DNA of 64,000 nucleotides from assembly GCA_000708835.1 (NCBI GenBank), contig DF237387.1, forward strand, positions 12,975-76,974, written 5' to 3'. This DNA is from Klebsormidium nitens. Taxonomy: Eukaryota > Plantae > Klebsormidiophyceae. This document shows positions 12,569 to 26,900 of this stretch, piece by piece. Within the stretch, counting starts at the first letter, position 1. Each line of letters begins with the position of its first letter. The position numbers and the translations under genes were made by a program. The notes below the pieces were generated by a model that was not told where the DNA came from, did no database searches, and saw only the letters and a list, made by a program, of their open reading frames with translations.

Positions 12569-15247
12569 ATGTCGTCCAAATGGGACCCGCAGCAGCAGGA
12601 GGGGAAGGGGGAGGGCGGCGGTGATCAGCAGATAGCGCCGCAGAAGGGCGGGAAGAACGTGTGGCTGATGAGGTGAGAGCTTGCTCGCTTGAGTTTCGGA
12701 AGTTGAGGCCTGCTCTCTATCCGATTCCTGATCAGCATTTGTGATAGATCTCTGATGTCCTTGGTGGTGGTGTGACTGCATGGGAGGAAGGGGGGAGGGC
12801 GGGGAGGGGAAAGGAGAAGGGGAGGGTGCTGGGACGAGGGGGCACCGCAGGAGATTCTTGTGATGGGTCCGGTGAGGGCATGTATTTGATTGCTTGGTCT
12901 TTTGCAAGTCGAGCCCTGATCTTTAAGCTACCTCTGGCCAGCATCCTCAAAAGGCTGATGTCTCTAGTGGTAGATTGGCTGAGAGGGTGCCACGACCAGT
13001 CTTAATGCATGCACGAATTGGGAGCAAGTGCATGGTTGCAACTCTGGAAAATCAGTATTGAGCTGACATACGGTCAACTTCTGTGAAGAGAGGACATTCA
13101 ATCTGCTTAAGTTTCTCCCTTGCCTTTGGCAATCTGTGGCACATGCTTTTGCTTAACCTGTTTTCCTGGATGATCTCTCCTTGGAACCTTTTCGAAACCC
13201 CCTTGGTCTGTATTCAAAAGCAGTACTTAGGGACCCAACGAAAGTTGAACAGAAGCTGATGGCTCTGTTGCAGGATCCTGGTGGGCGGGACTATTCTCAC
13301 CATTGGGACGCTGGCAATGCTGGCCTTCGGTGAGTCTCAGATGAAACTCCAAGATTCGTCAGTGTCTCTGGCGCCTGCTACTAAGTGCTTGGAATTGTTT
13401 TCTGAGGGACAGGCTACGAGATTACAAGTTTAAGTTTAAATCCAAGGAGAAGAAATGAGTACAAACAAGTCTTTTGTAAAGAGCTCCTGACATTTTGTAG
13501 GTATCACTGATTCCGGTCTCGAGGCAGACCTGCCTAGGAGAAGGACTAGAGAGTATTGGGTTGTGAAGCACATGGGGTCGCTGATTGGGAACTGAAACTC
13601 TATCTCAATCATCTGGATCAATGATATTAGGAGCCGGCAACTGTGGAAACAATGCATTTTGGCTCGTTGTCCGGACACAAAGTGATCAGAAATCTTTTCA
13701 GGAAAGACTTCCGACCGCAGATGATCAAAAGGTCGAACGTTCGGTTTTTTGCCCAGGGCTCCCGACCTTGGTCACGGCCTTGCCTTACTGCCGATTGGTC
13801 CGTTATGAGCCCACAAAACCAGCCCACAAGGTCAAGAAGCCCATGCAGCATTTTCGATCCCTTCCCTCTTCCCCCCCCAGGCGCGATCGCCATCCCGACT
13901 GTCCTCCTGGGGGGCGGTTTGCTGCTGCTGGTGAGCCCCCTGCTGATCGGCGGCGCGGTGCTGACGAGCCCCATCTGGGTGCCCCTCGTCGGCCTCACCC
14001 TGACGGTGCCCCCAATCCTGGGCACGATCGCGGTCGCGTTCATCACCTTCGTGCTCGGCGTCTACTGGTTCTGGAACTTCGTCCGGTAAGCATCCCATGC
14101 GACGATGACCATCACAAGTAGCGTACTGGTTGTTTTCTTTGGACATGTGGATGTGGGCTTGAACCCTTCCGGCAGTCAGGAAAAGGGTCCGAGGAAAGCT
14201 CCTCGAGCGATCTCAGGATCTTGAAAGGATACCAACATTCACGACTTGTCTTGCGTTTCCATCTGTCGTTCACGAATTTCTTTAGTGCTCGAAGAAACGG
14301 AGACGGGCGACTCATTCTGTGTTTAATTCACACCTTCGCCCGGAATTTTTTTTTTTCCTGATCGAGGGGTGCTCCTGGTTCGTAGTATCAGCCGTTGTGC
14401 GAAACGGATCACGGAATGATGGAAAGCGATTGTGATCTGTCTGTTTCCGTCATATTCTCCATATGTTGAATTTTTGGTGCTTCGTCTTGATCGGACTGGG
14501 AGCGCTCTCGCGAGCTGCTGACATTTCCCACCGAGACGCAGTATGTGAGTTTCGTTTTGACTGCGCTTTCTCGTTTCATCGGTGAGTTTTGCCCGTCTGG
14601 GCGAAACCTACGGGTTCACCTCGCAACATATGTCAGCTTCTTGTTCAAATTTTGCGCACAAAAACAACCTCCTAGATTTGAGTCCACTCTCGTTGCTTTC
14701 TTCGACTACCAATTGTCACGAAAAAGGTCAGGATAAACCGGCTTTACAGATTCCGTCTTACGCCGCTCTTCTCTCATGAGATATCGCATATTCTCATGAT
14801 CGGCGTGCTTCTTCTTCCCAGAAGCGCTGCTAAAGGCGGGCGAGCGGGCGAAAAGCCGTCGTATGTGGAGAGGGTCCTCAATGCTTGATGTACGTTGCGC
14901 TCGCTTTTCAGTCTTTCTTTCACGAAACCCTTCAACCAGAACCGAAGCCGTCTGACGCTGTCTTTCTGATGCAGTTGTGTCGGCTGTGCTGGTCCTTCCG
15001 CCCTCAAATCCTTTCCCCGTATCAAAGCTGCTGTCCTCCAACAACTCGTCCCGCTCTTACAAGCCTCTGACTCTGGCCTTACCCAACGCGCAGTTCCAGC
15101 AAGACCCGCGAGGCGGCGGAGGATCTCAAAGAGGGCATGAAGGAGGCGGCCTACTGCGTGCAGCACCGCGTGTACGACACGTGTCACAGCGCGCAGCAGG
15201 CGGGCCAGCAGGCGCGTCAGCGCGCGCAGGAGTCGTCGTCGTCCTAG
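12569..15247 (+). CDS. Oleosin / oleosin-like lipid droplet protein, 4 exons
   Basis: Exons 12569-12672, 13274-13329, 13881-14085 and 15094-15247 splice in frame. They give a hydrophilic N-terminus, an ~86-aa uncharged stretch with a proline-knot-like SPLLIGGAVLTSPIWVP, and an amphipathic C-terminus (REAAEDLKEGMKEAA..QQAGQQARQRAQE). Confidence 0.85.
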
Positions 15248-16654
15248 GAATGTTTTGAGGCTCAAGGTTTAGTTTGGGGGGGATCTGTTGGCGGTGTGAA
15301 AAGCTGTCTAAGGAGCGGGACGAATTTTTGGGGAGAAGTAGAAACGGGATCAGTCGGACTGCATACGAGACGAGCAACGGCAAATGAGAACATTGTGCCA
15401 CCGAAAGCCATACGAATGGTATCTTAGCCTAGCCACAAAGCATCGGTGTAAGTATGAGAAGTTTTTAGACGCTCCGGTCAGCGAAGCCTTTGCTTCATTC
15501 CAGGAATACTGATTGAACGATCAGGAATTGCTTCATACATTTTCCGGTCTCCCTGCTTACAATAGCCAAATTTCTCAGGTCGGAATCCCAATCAAGTCAA
15601 TGCAAAAAAATTTGCCAAACAGAAGATTATAACCACAACAATATCTGGACTGTATTGGCTTTGTTTGCTGCATTCCGCATATCGGAGCTCGAGGAAAGCA
15701 ACTTGCTGCACTAGTGGAGGCGTAATGCTGTTTTGCACCAAACATGCTTCTCAACATTCTTAAAAAGATATGCGCTTCCGTCATCGTATATCAAAACCTC
15801 TTGGTAGGAGCAAATCCAGTACGATTCAACGGTAGATGAGAAGTGGGTCCAATTCGGTCAGGATTCTTGTTGTCGTACAGCTTCTCTATATTTCCTACGC
15901 ATATCGGAGAAAACCTCTGCACTGAGCGACCCGTAACTAATTCTACGGAGAAGAGATTCCTGTATAGTGGGTGGAGGAGAATTCCACGTACCAGCTACGG
16001 TCACGGGACCGCGACTTCAACACGTCAGAATAGAAAGTCACCCTCTAGTTTGAAAGCCACCCTCTTTTGAACTAAGGACCTCAGTCTCTTGTCACAGCAT
16101 GGTCTCGGATGCAACGGCTAGACTACAGTAAAACACGATCCTAAGTACGAATACACAGAAGTTCCGAAAGCACAGGGTCGCAAATTGCAGAACATCATCT
16201 TGTATGGGAATGAATGGTGACCTTGAAAAGTTTGTGCAGAAGTTTCCGCTGGGAATCAAATCATTTCAGCTCCTCTGATTTCATTTTATTTTCAGCGAGT
16301 ACATATTAGCGATCGTGTTTGATGCACTCCCGCGTGGCGTTTCACAGATGCACTGCAATCCAGAGCGGACACAACTCTGTGTCGGAAGAGATTCCTTGAA
16401 GTCAGTAATCGTGGTATAAAATAGCATCAAAGCGGAGGCCCGTCCTTCATCCAGAGGGCTAATCAGCTACATAAGGGAACCTATTCTTTTAATTAACGGA
16501 ATCGCGAACGCGACAAGGGCCCGCGACGACAAGGACCGCGCGCGCTATGTCTTGTATTGCATAAGGGAGTGTCGAAGGCATTGCGAATGTCATCTGATGA
16601 CGTCAATTGTGGAAGTTTTGCTGTATTGTTGACGTCTTTCGACAAATCCCCTGC

Positions 16655-19153
16655 ATGGCAACGCGACGAACAGAGCAAACCGGTCAAGAGGACCCAAATC
16701 TCAAGAATAGATTGAAACAGTACAGGGGTGGTTTGCATCTGCCCAATCAACCTTGCAGTCATGCAACGAGTATTGAACAGAGGACGACTTAATCTACTTA
16801 GTGAACATCTATGTAGGGGAGATTGCGCTGATCATTTCGAAAGCTATTCCTCCTGGGCCCTTCTTACGCACCGTAGGGACGACTAGTAAAGAGCAAAATG
16901 AGCAGGCAATGTCCTTTGTCCTCTAGATATTCCTCGCGCTTCGCTTCGTGAGAAGCCTTTGACGGCAATTGAACGGCGGACAGCAGTCACTTGCATGATC
17001 TAGGTTCAGGTTCTTAGGAAGTGCGATCAGGTGTTCCAAAAGACTTGGCATGATATAGTCCCTCGTGAAGAACTGCGAGCTGTTCAGGGAGGGGAGCATG
17101 GGGGGAGCGTAAGCTGACTGGTGAGTTTGATCATAGGTAGTTCTGGGAGGACGAAGAATCAGGATTGGGAAGCTCCTTGTCTTTCCTGAGGAGCATTATA
17201 ACCAAGGCGAACACAAAGCGTTGAATATGACACTTACGGCCTCTTGCGTGAAGTTTCCACTGTCGGCACCGATTCTCCATGCAATGAGCTCTGCAGAAAC
17301 TGCGAACCGAATTCTGGCCCGTGAACAGGACTCCTAGACGAGCTGTTCGCTTCAGAGCACAATACATGGTGAAACATCTGTACTTGACAGATCCATCCTG
17401 ACCTCTTCCTGAGGCTGCTTAATCCAGATGTTTCTGCCGGAGCATCCATCATGCACTGCGAGAAAGCGTTTCGTCCGAACCAGGTCCGAAGTGGGTCCGA
17501 AGTGATTTCACCTGTCCAATCCCGATCAGCCTGCGCAGGCCCGGATCGAGGTATATTCCTCAGAATTCTAGTTATGCAGTATCAGAGACTTCGTGTTGTT
17601 TCCTCCTCTGCCTCTTTCGCAGTTACACTTAGATAACATTCAAATGAAGCATCTTCGAAATCTAAAGCTTGTGGAGAGTAACACAATACAAACCTAATGC
17701 AGAAGGTGGCGCGCAATTGAAAGAGAAGGGGACATTCTGCTTCATACCAACAGCTACTCACTCATCTTGCAGAACAACTAGTCTCTTTACTCGCTCAACA
17801 CCTGATGATTGCTGTAATCTTTTTCCGCCAGATTCCTCTGCACCCAATTCCTCAAGCCAGTCAACGGGTTCAATTGTTCCAGGAAAGTTCAATAACCAAA
17901 TTCAGCCTCAACCCTCAGGCATTGTGCTTTAATTTGGAAGCTCCGTGCAGTCTCAGGCTTATGACATGGCCGCGCCGCGCAAGGAGGGTTCAGGGTTTGG
18001 CCCGCAGCCAGAAGGCGCCAGCGCTCTGGCGCTCGAGAGAAGAAGCATCGCCGTCCAGACTGATCCCGTGATCATAGTGCGCCACGGGGGCCCTAAACCA
18101 GGCGGACAGACCGGTCACTCAGCGGATAATAGCCCTAGCTCTGAGTTGCCGAACAGTGCGGGGGAATCAGGACCCCGGGAGAAGAGCGAGCCACCTGCTG
18201 ACGTCAGCTCGGTTCAGTCATCGGGTGCTCAACTGGATCTCCCCGAAATGAAAGCGCGGCAGCCAAAGCAAGAGGAGGATGCGAACCGGTTGCAAGAAGA
18301 AGGCGGATTGACACTCGGACGAAAGCACAGCACAAGGCCAGATTTACCGGCGTTCTTGATTGATTCTGATGACGAAAGCGAGCCGCGTGTGAAGGAGCAC
18401 AACGGAAAGGACGAGAAGGTGACAGTTCGATGTCGAGGTTTTCATCTCGATGTGTGGATATCCAGCTTCAGTGACGGGCTTCATGATTTCATTGATTGGT
18501 CTTAAAACCGTTTGCAGACCGCGGAAGCAACGGGCTATGAGACTATAGGATGGTTTCGATGCTTTCCCCTGATCAATTTGACTTTCTCTATGCAGCTGGA
18601 GGCAATGTGCGACCTCTTCGACGAAGTTTGGACCAACAAAGCGCTGGTAAGCGGACGACTGGCCAAGCATTTTGGCCTTTGAAGTTTCGGCTGTGACTTT
18701 CTGGTGCCGTTCGTACATACAGCGAATGGTTGCAACCAGAGTGCTCGCCGAAAGAGGCTTTCTTTTCGAGGGTCTCGTAGATACGAGCATAACAGAGACA
18801 CTGAAGGGATGACCGTGAATGGCTCTTGACAACTTCGAACGCTTCTGTTGATGAGTGCTTTCAGCAACTCGATTCCTTCTATTCGTTTCTCTCCAGCAAG
18901 CGACATCATTTCTTTCGAATCTGAACACTTGCGTAGTGCCAGATCGACCAGACCTCTCCCATCTGCGCTGCAGCTCCGCGAAGCTCTATTCTATCTCCAC
19001 TACCTGAGAACAGCTGACGCAATGAATCACGAGAAACTCGTGACCGCGGGCGTCGACACACGTGTCCGTGGGCTGATGGCATACAACCACGACAAGGTCC
19101 GCTGTGCGGCCACCAAACTTTGGGAAAAGCTGCGACTTGGCTTAAACCAGTGA
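16655..19153 (+). CDS. Uncharacterised multi-exon protein with a C-terminal ARM/HEAT-like helical segment
   Basis: ATG at 16655 (MATRRTEQTGQEDPNLKNRLKQYR), a low-complexity coding block ~17945-18420, and a terminal exon ~18900-19153 (LREALFYLHYLRTADAMNHEKLVTAGVDTRVRGLMAYNHDKVRCAATKLWEKL). Internal junctions are not fully resolved. Confidence 0.45.
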
Positions 19154-19917
19154 TTGAGACCGGATGGTCGATTGTGAAAGTTGAGAGACTCGTCAAGATC
19201 GAGCATAGAATGCTGAGTTTGTTAGTTTACAGGGCGTTTAGACTTTTGATACGTAGAGAGTGTGTAGCTACAGTAGTGTGTACTTGCTCGATACAGGCAT
19301 CGATCCGGCAAGTTGCGAATTAATTCGGAAAATTGCTGGCACGCCCTGCGCGCCAATTTGGCTGCATGCATGGGCCGTGTGCTCTTCACCTCACAGCTGC
19401 GATCGTGACACATAAATCTTTCCGCCCGCGCGGTTTCGCAAGTGGGACCGTATGGTCAACGTGCACTAATGCGCCATCCTTTTCAACGGACGTTGCAGTA
19501 CACAACTGCAGCTCGTCTTATTTGTTCTCGCAGGGATCGGATGCACAAATGATCAAACTCACGAAGAATCCGACGATCGCGAGGTTGCAAAACATCCGCA
19601 GGCGTGCAATTATGCGTGATGCATGAAAGAATCAGGTCATAATTGTACCATATCTTGAGTCCGGAATCAAAGTTTGACTCAGGAGGCTCTTCAAAGTGGT
19701 ATAATATCATCTGAGAATCTGGAGCTAACTCACTCGTATCCATCATGCATGCACGCTGCGCGCGTCCATGATTGCAGAGACTCAAGAGCTAGCTCACTGA
19801 TCAGCGTCCTTCACAACACTTGGTTTCCTCATTTGCGTGCGGCAGCCTATCTATACAAGCATGCTCAAACAACTCGCAACGAGAGAATCTCTAGTGTACA
19901 ATTCAGCCGCTGCTTTA

Positions 19918-22900
19918 TCAGATCACCGCTCGACGATCTCTATTCACTGCCGCCGCTGCTGACAGTCCTCGATCTAGGTCCGCCCACAGATCCTCTGACT
20001 CTTCAATCCCAACTGAAAGTCTGAGGTGCCCATCGCTTATCCCTAGCTCGCCCCGCTGAGCCACACTTAGCGAGGCATGGGACGAGGAGGCCGGGTGAGA
20101 CACAGTAGTCGTCACGCCACCAAGCCTGCACCGGACATGGTCCACACAGAATCAACTCCTCCCAAAGCAACGAAGAGTTGAATATTGCATCAACGAGGAG
20201 TTCGTGACACACAGTCACCTAAACTGTATCGTTTTGGAAAAGAACGGAAGGGCGAGAACGCAGTAACGGAGCTATGGCAGACGTCACTATCAAGAGAAGC
20301 AGCGGCTTTCGTGTTGTTCATGTCTGCCTTGTTTTCTTCATCTATGACTGATTCTCCTGATGAGCACTCCCGAGGGCAGCCAATGAACAATCTGGAGCCG
20401 CTGTCCGCAAACAGAATTCTCCGAGCCTTCTGCATGTAGTAAAGCAGTTACCGTCTCTTCACTTCGTAAATCAGCACGCATTTTCAAAAGTACTCGTAGT
20501 TTGTCCGAAACGAGGGAGGGACACAAAAAGTATCAGACAGCCAAAAGGGAACTCGCTAAGACTGCAAGTCATCCCTCTCGCCACACTTTCACCAAAATAA
20601 GTGGTCAGACGTGATCTCGATGTCTTGCGTTTGACGAACAAGCTGACGTGCCAAGATCAGAAACGTAACCAATCAAGTGTATGGAGCGACGGCAGCGAAG
20701 TAAGGGCACTCACGTCGTGGACAGGGTGATTAATCTGAAGGCGGCTACCGCTGCATCCGCCCCCCGAAAACCGCCCACGACAGCAAACGTGACTAGAGCA
20801 ACTTTCTCGTGCCAGGCAACGGCCGTGACGCGGGGATCCCCCTCGAGCTGGCGGCCCAGCGTGGCCGCGTTTGCCCAGGCCTTTTCGACGCGAACCTATA
20901 AGCATTGAAAAAGAAAAAGCTGCAGTCGTTGCAGAAACTCAAGGACTAATAGGATGTAACGGCTGTCGAAGTATTCTGCAATCGAATGGATCCAGCGCGA
21001 TGATATCGTCAAGTGTGACGAGAATGGTTAGAGTACGCCGAAACATTTGTCACCCTGGTTTGGCGCGTGAAGGTTTCTGAGATAAAGTACTACTCAGAAC
21101 ATGTTCGCACAGCTGGTATGATCGGAGTGGCTCTTCAGCAAACGCTCAACTTCTTTGATTCTCAGCAACTCTCGTCAAAATCTCAAACAAGCTTTTTCAA
21201 TTAGGCGCTTGCCGCTCAGGCCCCGTCATTCTCTTCATCGCGTTTCTACTTTCCAAAAGAACAAGTGAACACACTCACCTGCAGCGTCCGGATGCCTCGC
21301 ACCGCCAGCCAAGCGTCCAGCGGGGCCGCCCAAAGGCCCATCCGCTTCACGAAGTCCCTGATCGGATCCACGAGCATCGCTGAGCCGACCACTGCGCCAG
21401 CTAGGAGGTCGTGGTGGCCCCCTAGAAATTTGGTCGCGCTGTGGATGACAAGATCTGCGCCCTGCACCGGAGTGACTGGTTAGCGGTGCTCGTTGTACAA
21501 AGGAAGTAAGAGGGTGCGTTCGCCCACTGAAAAGAGGAGGGGATCAGCGAGGAACGAAGAAGTTTTGGAATAATGGACTGCAGATGAGGAATCTGGAGGG
21601 ACCTACGAGACGTCTTTGGTATGTGTTGATTGCCATGCACAGCCATTGGAATTGGATTTCTCGCTCAAAAAGCGGAGGACGGCGAGGGACATCCGCTGAT
21701 GTTCCTCAGGGCAAGTCTTGGAAACAAAGCTGACGAAGAGGGCTACACCAAGATCTCAAAAGAGACCGAAGTTACTTCCTAATCAGCGAAGCTGCCAAAC
21801 ACTAAGAACTGAAACCGACGTAAAGCCTGTTGTCTCATCCGCTTTCACTAATAGATGTCAGATTCTCAAAGGCTTGTGTTGCTCACCTCCGCCAGTGGCT
21901 GCGACCTGAGGGGCGTCCTAAAGGTGTTATCCACTATCAGAAGTGCTCCCGCTCGTTTGGCCAGCTTGGCAAGCGCTCGGACGTCCGAAAGCATTAGCAG
22001 CGGGTTCGAAACCGTCTCTGCAAAGATCACCACCTTTCGCGCCCGCCCCCTAGCGCCCGACATCAAACCACCTAATCCCGAATCCTCGCTTGTCGATGCA
22101 CCCGACTGGCTATCACGGCAAGTGCACCGGCAACTGCAAGTCTCAACCTCCGTCGAGGCTCTTAACCCCTTCTCACTGCCGTTCTGGAGACTCTGCCCCT
22201 CGTCGTATAGATTAGGTTCTGTTTTGGCGGTGGTAGGGGCTCTTGGCGCACTGTCCGAGTCTGGTCCGAAAAATAGCTTCTCCAAATGTCCGAGATCGTT
22301 GGTGTCCTCAAAACGGACGGTCACTCCGTACCTAGGAAGGTCGCGCCTAAAGAATTCGGTTGTGCCGCCATACGCATCTTGCTGGGCAATCACTAGGTCG
22401 CCAGCGCTCACAGTAGACAAGATAGCGGCGGAGATGGCACCCATGCCTGAAAACAAAGGGGAAACCTGATGGCTGCTAGTCTGGAGTTAGTTGTCTGCTG
22501 TCCACTCAACAAACTAGGCGGCAACCAGAAGAAGTTGACACTTTGTGTGGAGGATCAGAGGACTGACCTTGAGATGGGATTTATTCAAAAGTTACTGCTG
22601 AGTAGGGCTTACATCAGGGGCTTCAAGTGCGCAGTCTCCCACCTATTGGGGCTTCAACTTTCAGACTGACGTGGATGAGCACCACCACACAAAAATATCC
22701 AAACAGAAAGGTACACACTGTTCGCTATGTTCTGGCATCCTCCAACTTCAGAATTACAGAAAGACACTGTGCCAAAGATCTTGGTTGTCCTCATGCTCCA
22801 AAATCCTGTGCTTAGCCCGCTACTCAAAGCTGCACCATACTTAATAGGAATCCACCTCCACTTCCAAGCGCCAAGAGGTCCCACAGCAACGGAACCGTCA

Positions 22901-23371
22901 GCCACTACCAAAGACAGGCAGCGATACACCCCCAACCGACCCGCTCATATGGAATCAACATCTTGCATGCTAACATCTTGATGGAAAGGTGGTGCACGGT
23001 TTACACCACTTCAGGATACCCCAAACCGCCTCACCTGATGATGTGGCCACCCCCGCCTCGGCCCCCTCAAGCGCAGCCACTGCTGCCCCCAGCTCATGAG
23101 CGTTTGGGAGGCCCATCCTGCCATAGCCATAAGCACCCTGGCCCACAACCTGCTCCAACCCGCTGCTTATGGAGTCAAAATCAAACACGCTGGTTTGGAA
23201 CAGGGGGGTGACGTGGGCGTTGTTAGGGAGGGCGGGGGGGGTGCTGACCTCAGCGGTTTGGGTTCCAAGCAAGGGTTTGCGGGGCAGGCCAGCGTGAGCA
23301 GCCAGAGTGCCAAGCAAGAGGCCCTGTTGTGGCGGAACTGAGTGCATCAAAGTGGCTCCGTTGGCTGTCAT
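19918..23371 (-). CDS. Cys/Met metabolism PLP-dependent enzyme (cystathionine gamma-synthase / methionine gamma-lyase family), 5 exons
   Basis: Exons 23035-23371, 21887-22446, 21279-21461, 20714-20895 and 19918-20125 join in frame. Motifs: [53 protein letters not shown]-lysine [37 protein letters not shown] and RLSVGIE. Confidence 0.92.
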
Positions 23372-23988
23372 GGTGGTTGTCTTCCGCTCAAGGCTTAGCG
23401 CCTCTGAGTTGCTTCCCTTTACAGGTGTGCAATGCTGCCTTTATAGAATGAGGATATGTAAGAGCCTGCTCAAGTTGCTGCCCTAGAGCCTGCAGGCGCG
23501 TTTAGAAACGGGGCAAATGGGGAAGAAGGGGCAGCCAGGCTGAGCCACCTTGAGAGATTCTTCTCCACCTTTTATGCTTCTCACATATTGGCTTGGAGTT
23601 ACCAAAATTTACTTCCGCAACTCCGTCTATTATGAGGATTGCTGTGAGCGCTAAGACGCGATCAAAACCTACCATAAGTTTCTACGTTTGCCAAATGATC
23701 TCAGAAAACGGGGCATAAGGGGCATACGTGGAGGGGTTTGCGACATTCAAAAACCTCAGTTTCAAATCCCTTGTTGAAGGCTGCACTCGCAATTGTGTAC
23801 TTGTGTGGTCCTGCTGAAGAGGCGCCCCTCATGCTCGTTTGCCAGGGGCCCCATCAGCGTAAGGCTTACGGTAAGCTGGGAGAGCATCAGTTTGCATGTT
23901 CCAGTGAAGGATATGATTTGTGGTCGGTTGGGGGAGGTCTGCAAGAAACCCTCGACGGATCGCAAGAAGCAAGCAAAGTCTGTTGGAC

Positions 23989-26900
23989 ATGGACCCCTCT
24001 CGCTTTCAGAGACATGTGGAATCATTGCGGGAGGCGAATGCCGCTGGCGATGTCCCTTCCATAACGGCTGCGCTAGAGGATTTGTCAAGGGCCACCTATC
24101 GAGATTACGTAAGTGATTCGCAGAGCAGGAATGTTGTGATCTGGCAAAAAAGGTTATATTCGAAAACAGACTGGCGGCGCCAAAGGTGTCCTGTTCTTGA
24201 ATGCAATTCTTCATGCCTGGGTTCGCTCCCTTCTCGTGCAAGACGTTAAGAGTTGGACATCCGAAGTGCACTTGCTGGTCAAAATGAGACTTGAAGGACA
24301 GAAGCGTGGAATAGACTGAAGCGTGAAATCGAGAATGAACGATACACATAGCTGCATTAAGTGATTGGAGTAGCTTTGAGCTGACACCACATAGCGTCGC
24401 AGTCTGCTTTAGTTCCTGTCTACCCCTTTTCGTGTCTGCATATGAATGCTGCAATTTTAACCCAAACAACATGTGGCCACTGCAGACCATCAAGTCATTC
24501 CTCGTAGAGGCTGGGGTGATTCCGGCCCTCGTGAGCACAAGCGAGGTCCTCCCACAAGACAGCACAGCCCAAGAAGCGAATGGCGCCGTCGCCCTGTGCC
24601 TCTGGGGCCTCTGCATAGGCCACAGGCCAAACAAGATTAAGGTGAGCCCCTGAAACCATTCATGCTTTATGCACCGTTCTTTCTTGTTCCTGTTCATGTA
24701 CCTTTCATTCCTGTCTTTCCTGTTAGCAACTTTAGAGTCTGGCTGGAATGTCCAAAGCCGGACAGCTTGTAGGGTAGAATTGCAAGAGTGCTTTATCGCT
24801 CCACTTTGTTGAATTCCATCATAAGATTAAGGTGGCACCCGCATGATGCTGTCCGTCAGTCGCCGGGAGCCATAGCTGGTGCATTGCAGTGCCATCTTGA
24901 TCCTTGAAGTGTTTCTTGAGAATTTGTCTTCGAAATACCTGTCTATCTGTCATTGAACACCAGTACTCCACAACTTTTCAAGAAGAAGGGCCAGATCAGA
25001 TAATCACGAACTTCTGGATACCTGAGCAGGGATGTGGTTTTGCAGTATTACGAAGTTTTGGCTTTCAGGCCTTTCTCCTCAAAAGTAGCTTCTGCCTTAA
25101 TGTGGTCAAAATCGATCGCATTCGGCTAAAGTCCTATTAGTGAGGCCATCTTCCAGTCGGATGTTAATCCTACGAACCTCTTACAGATTCTGTTGTCTGA
25201 AGGCTAACACAAACTTTGCCATCCCTTTTGCAGTTGGTGGAACAGGGCGGCCTCTCGGTGCTCATCAAGGGCCTCAGTGGTGATGCGCACGAGGACTGTG
25301 CCCAATACAGCGCTCTTGCTGTCTGGAGCCTCTGCTACTCGGTGAGGGTGCCAGCTCTTTGTCATCTCGTCATCCTACGAAAAATCGATATTCTTGGATG
25401 TGCTGGTACACTCGTGTTGAAAAATATTTTGGCGTCTCGAAATTGTGGACTAGCTCGCACTCAAACAATTTCGGCCGGTGGGGTCCTAGTGGTTCACGGT
25501 CTGAGCTTTATGGCTTTCTGCTGATGTGGCACATCAAAAGAGGTCTCCAGTGCACTTTCGCTGGAGCCTTTGACGCTTGCAAATCGGTGAAGAAACTTCG
25601 AAGCGGGGCCTGGTTTGCAAGGTCGCAAAGCTGGCAACGAAGCAACGCGTTCGAGAGGGTGTCTCACAAGAGCCTTCAGTGGTCTTGTGCATAGTGGTCC
25701 CGAAAATTCTGCTCGAGGCGTTTCAACTGTCCCCAATCGATGCTACCGAGTAAACCCCTCGAACATTGCATGAGCCTCGGTCAGAATTGAGGTAAGAGCT
25801 CCACTGAACTGCACCTCTCCGTGGTTTCTCAGGTGCCGGAGAACCAGTTAGCTGCGGCCGCAAGCATTCCTGCCTTGAAGGCCCTTCTCGACCATACCAG
25901 CACGCTCGTCCAGGTCAGTCTGTGGAAGTTGTTCTCTTAGTGCGAGCTGCTCCATTTGCCTTCTCGACAAACTTTCTTTTGTCCGACCAGTTTTTGTAGT
26001 ACGACAAAAGGTCGCTTCCACTATCTTGCTTCGAACCTGTTACTCACTCTGGTGGACGAGAAGACCTCTGACTGAGAGGTGTGCGGCAGAGTACATTAGC
26101 CGAAGAAGCTTGTGGAGCTTATTTCTCTTCGGCTTCAGGATCCCGTTGACTAACTTCAATTGCACGGCTTGCTTCTTTCTGCGGCTTACCGAAACGTTTA
26201 CCACGAGACGCCGTTTTAATCTCTGAAGCCTTTTTCCCTCGGGTACGTTCGTGGGTACTTGGAGGCCGGGCTGTTACCAGCTTCCAATCAGTGTAGTTGT
26301 TTTGTGATTGTAAGAAAGTTGGTTGGTCAGGTTCACGCTTGATTGATCAGAGACACAAATGAGGCCGGGGAATGATGAGCAATAGCAAAACGAGATTTCT
26401 TTTTCACAAAGATGTACCTTTCCATATTTTACCTCGTTATTTGTCAAAATTTTGTGTATCCACATGCAGTACTCAGCGGCGGGGGCTCTCTGGGCCGTCT
26501 CCTCGCACCCCCTGAACCGAGAGCAGCTCGTTTGCGACAGCCGCTTGCTCGCCACTTTAGTTCGTTTCCTTCCCAAAGCGCCGCCCCCCCTGGACGAAGC
26601 CCCGCCCCCAGAACCGGCAGCTTCTTTGCCGGCACCCGGGCCTGCTCCGATTAATTGGCGCCCGGTACAAGACAACCGGGCAGTCTCGCAGCATCCGGAA
26701 GAGCATGGAGTGGCTCGGGCGTCGCTTTCCGGGCAGACCGATACCAGACTCGGCGAATCCGCTTTGTCCGAAGATGTCGAACCGTCTGAAAATGCTACTC
26801 GGTCTGAACCAGGGTCAATCTCTAGGGCGGGGCCAGAAGCTGGGCTGTTACAATTAGGTGCTCTGTTAGAAACTCAACCAGTCGAGCTTGTTGAGCCGTC

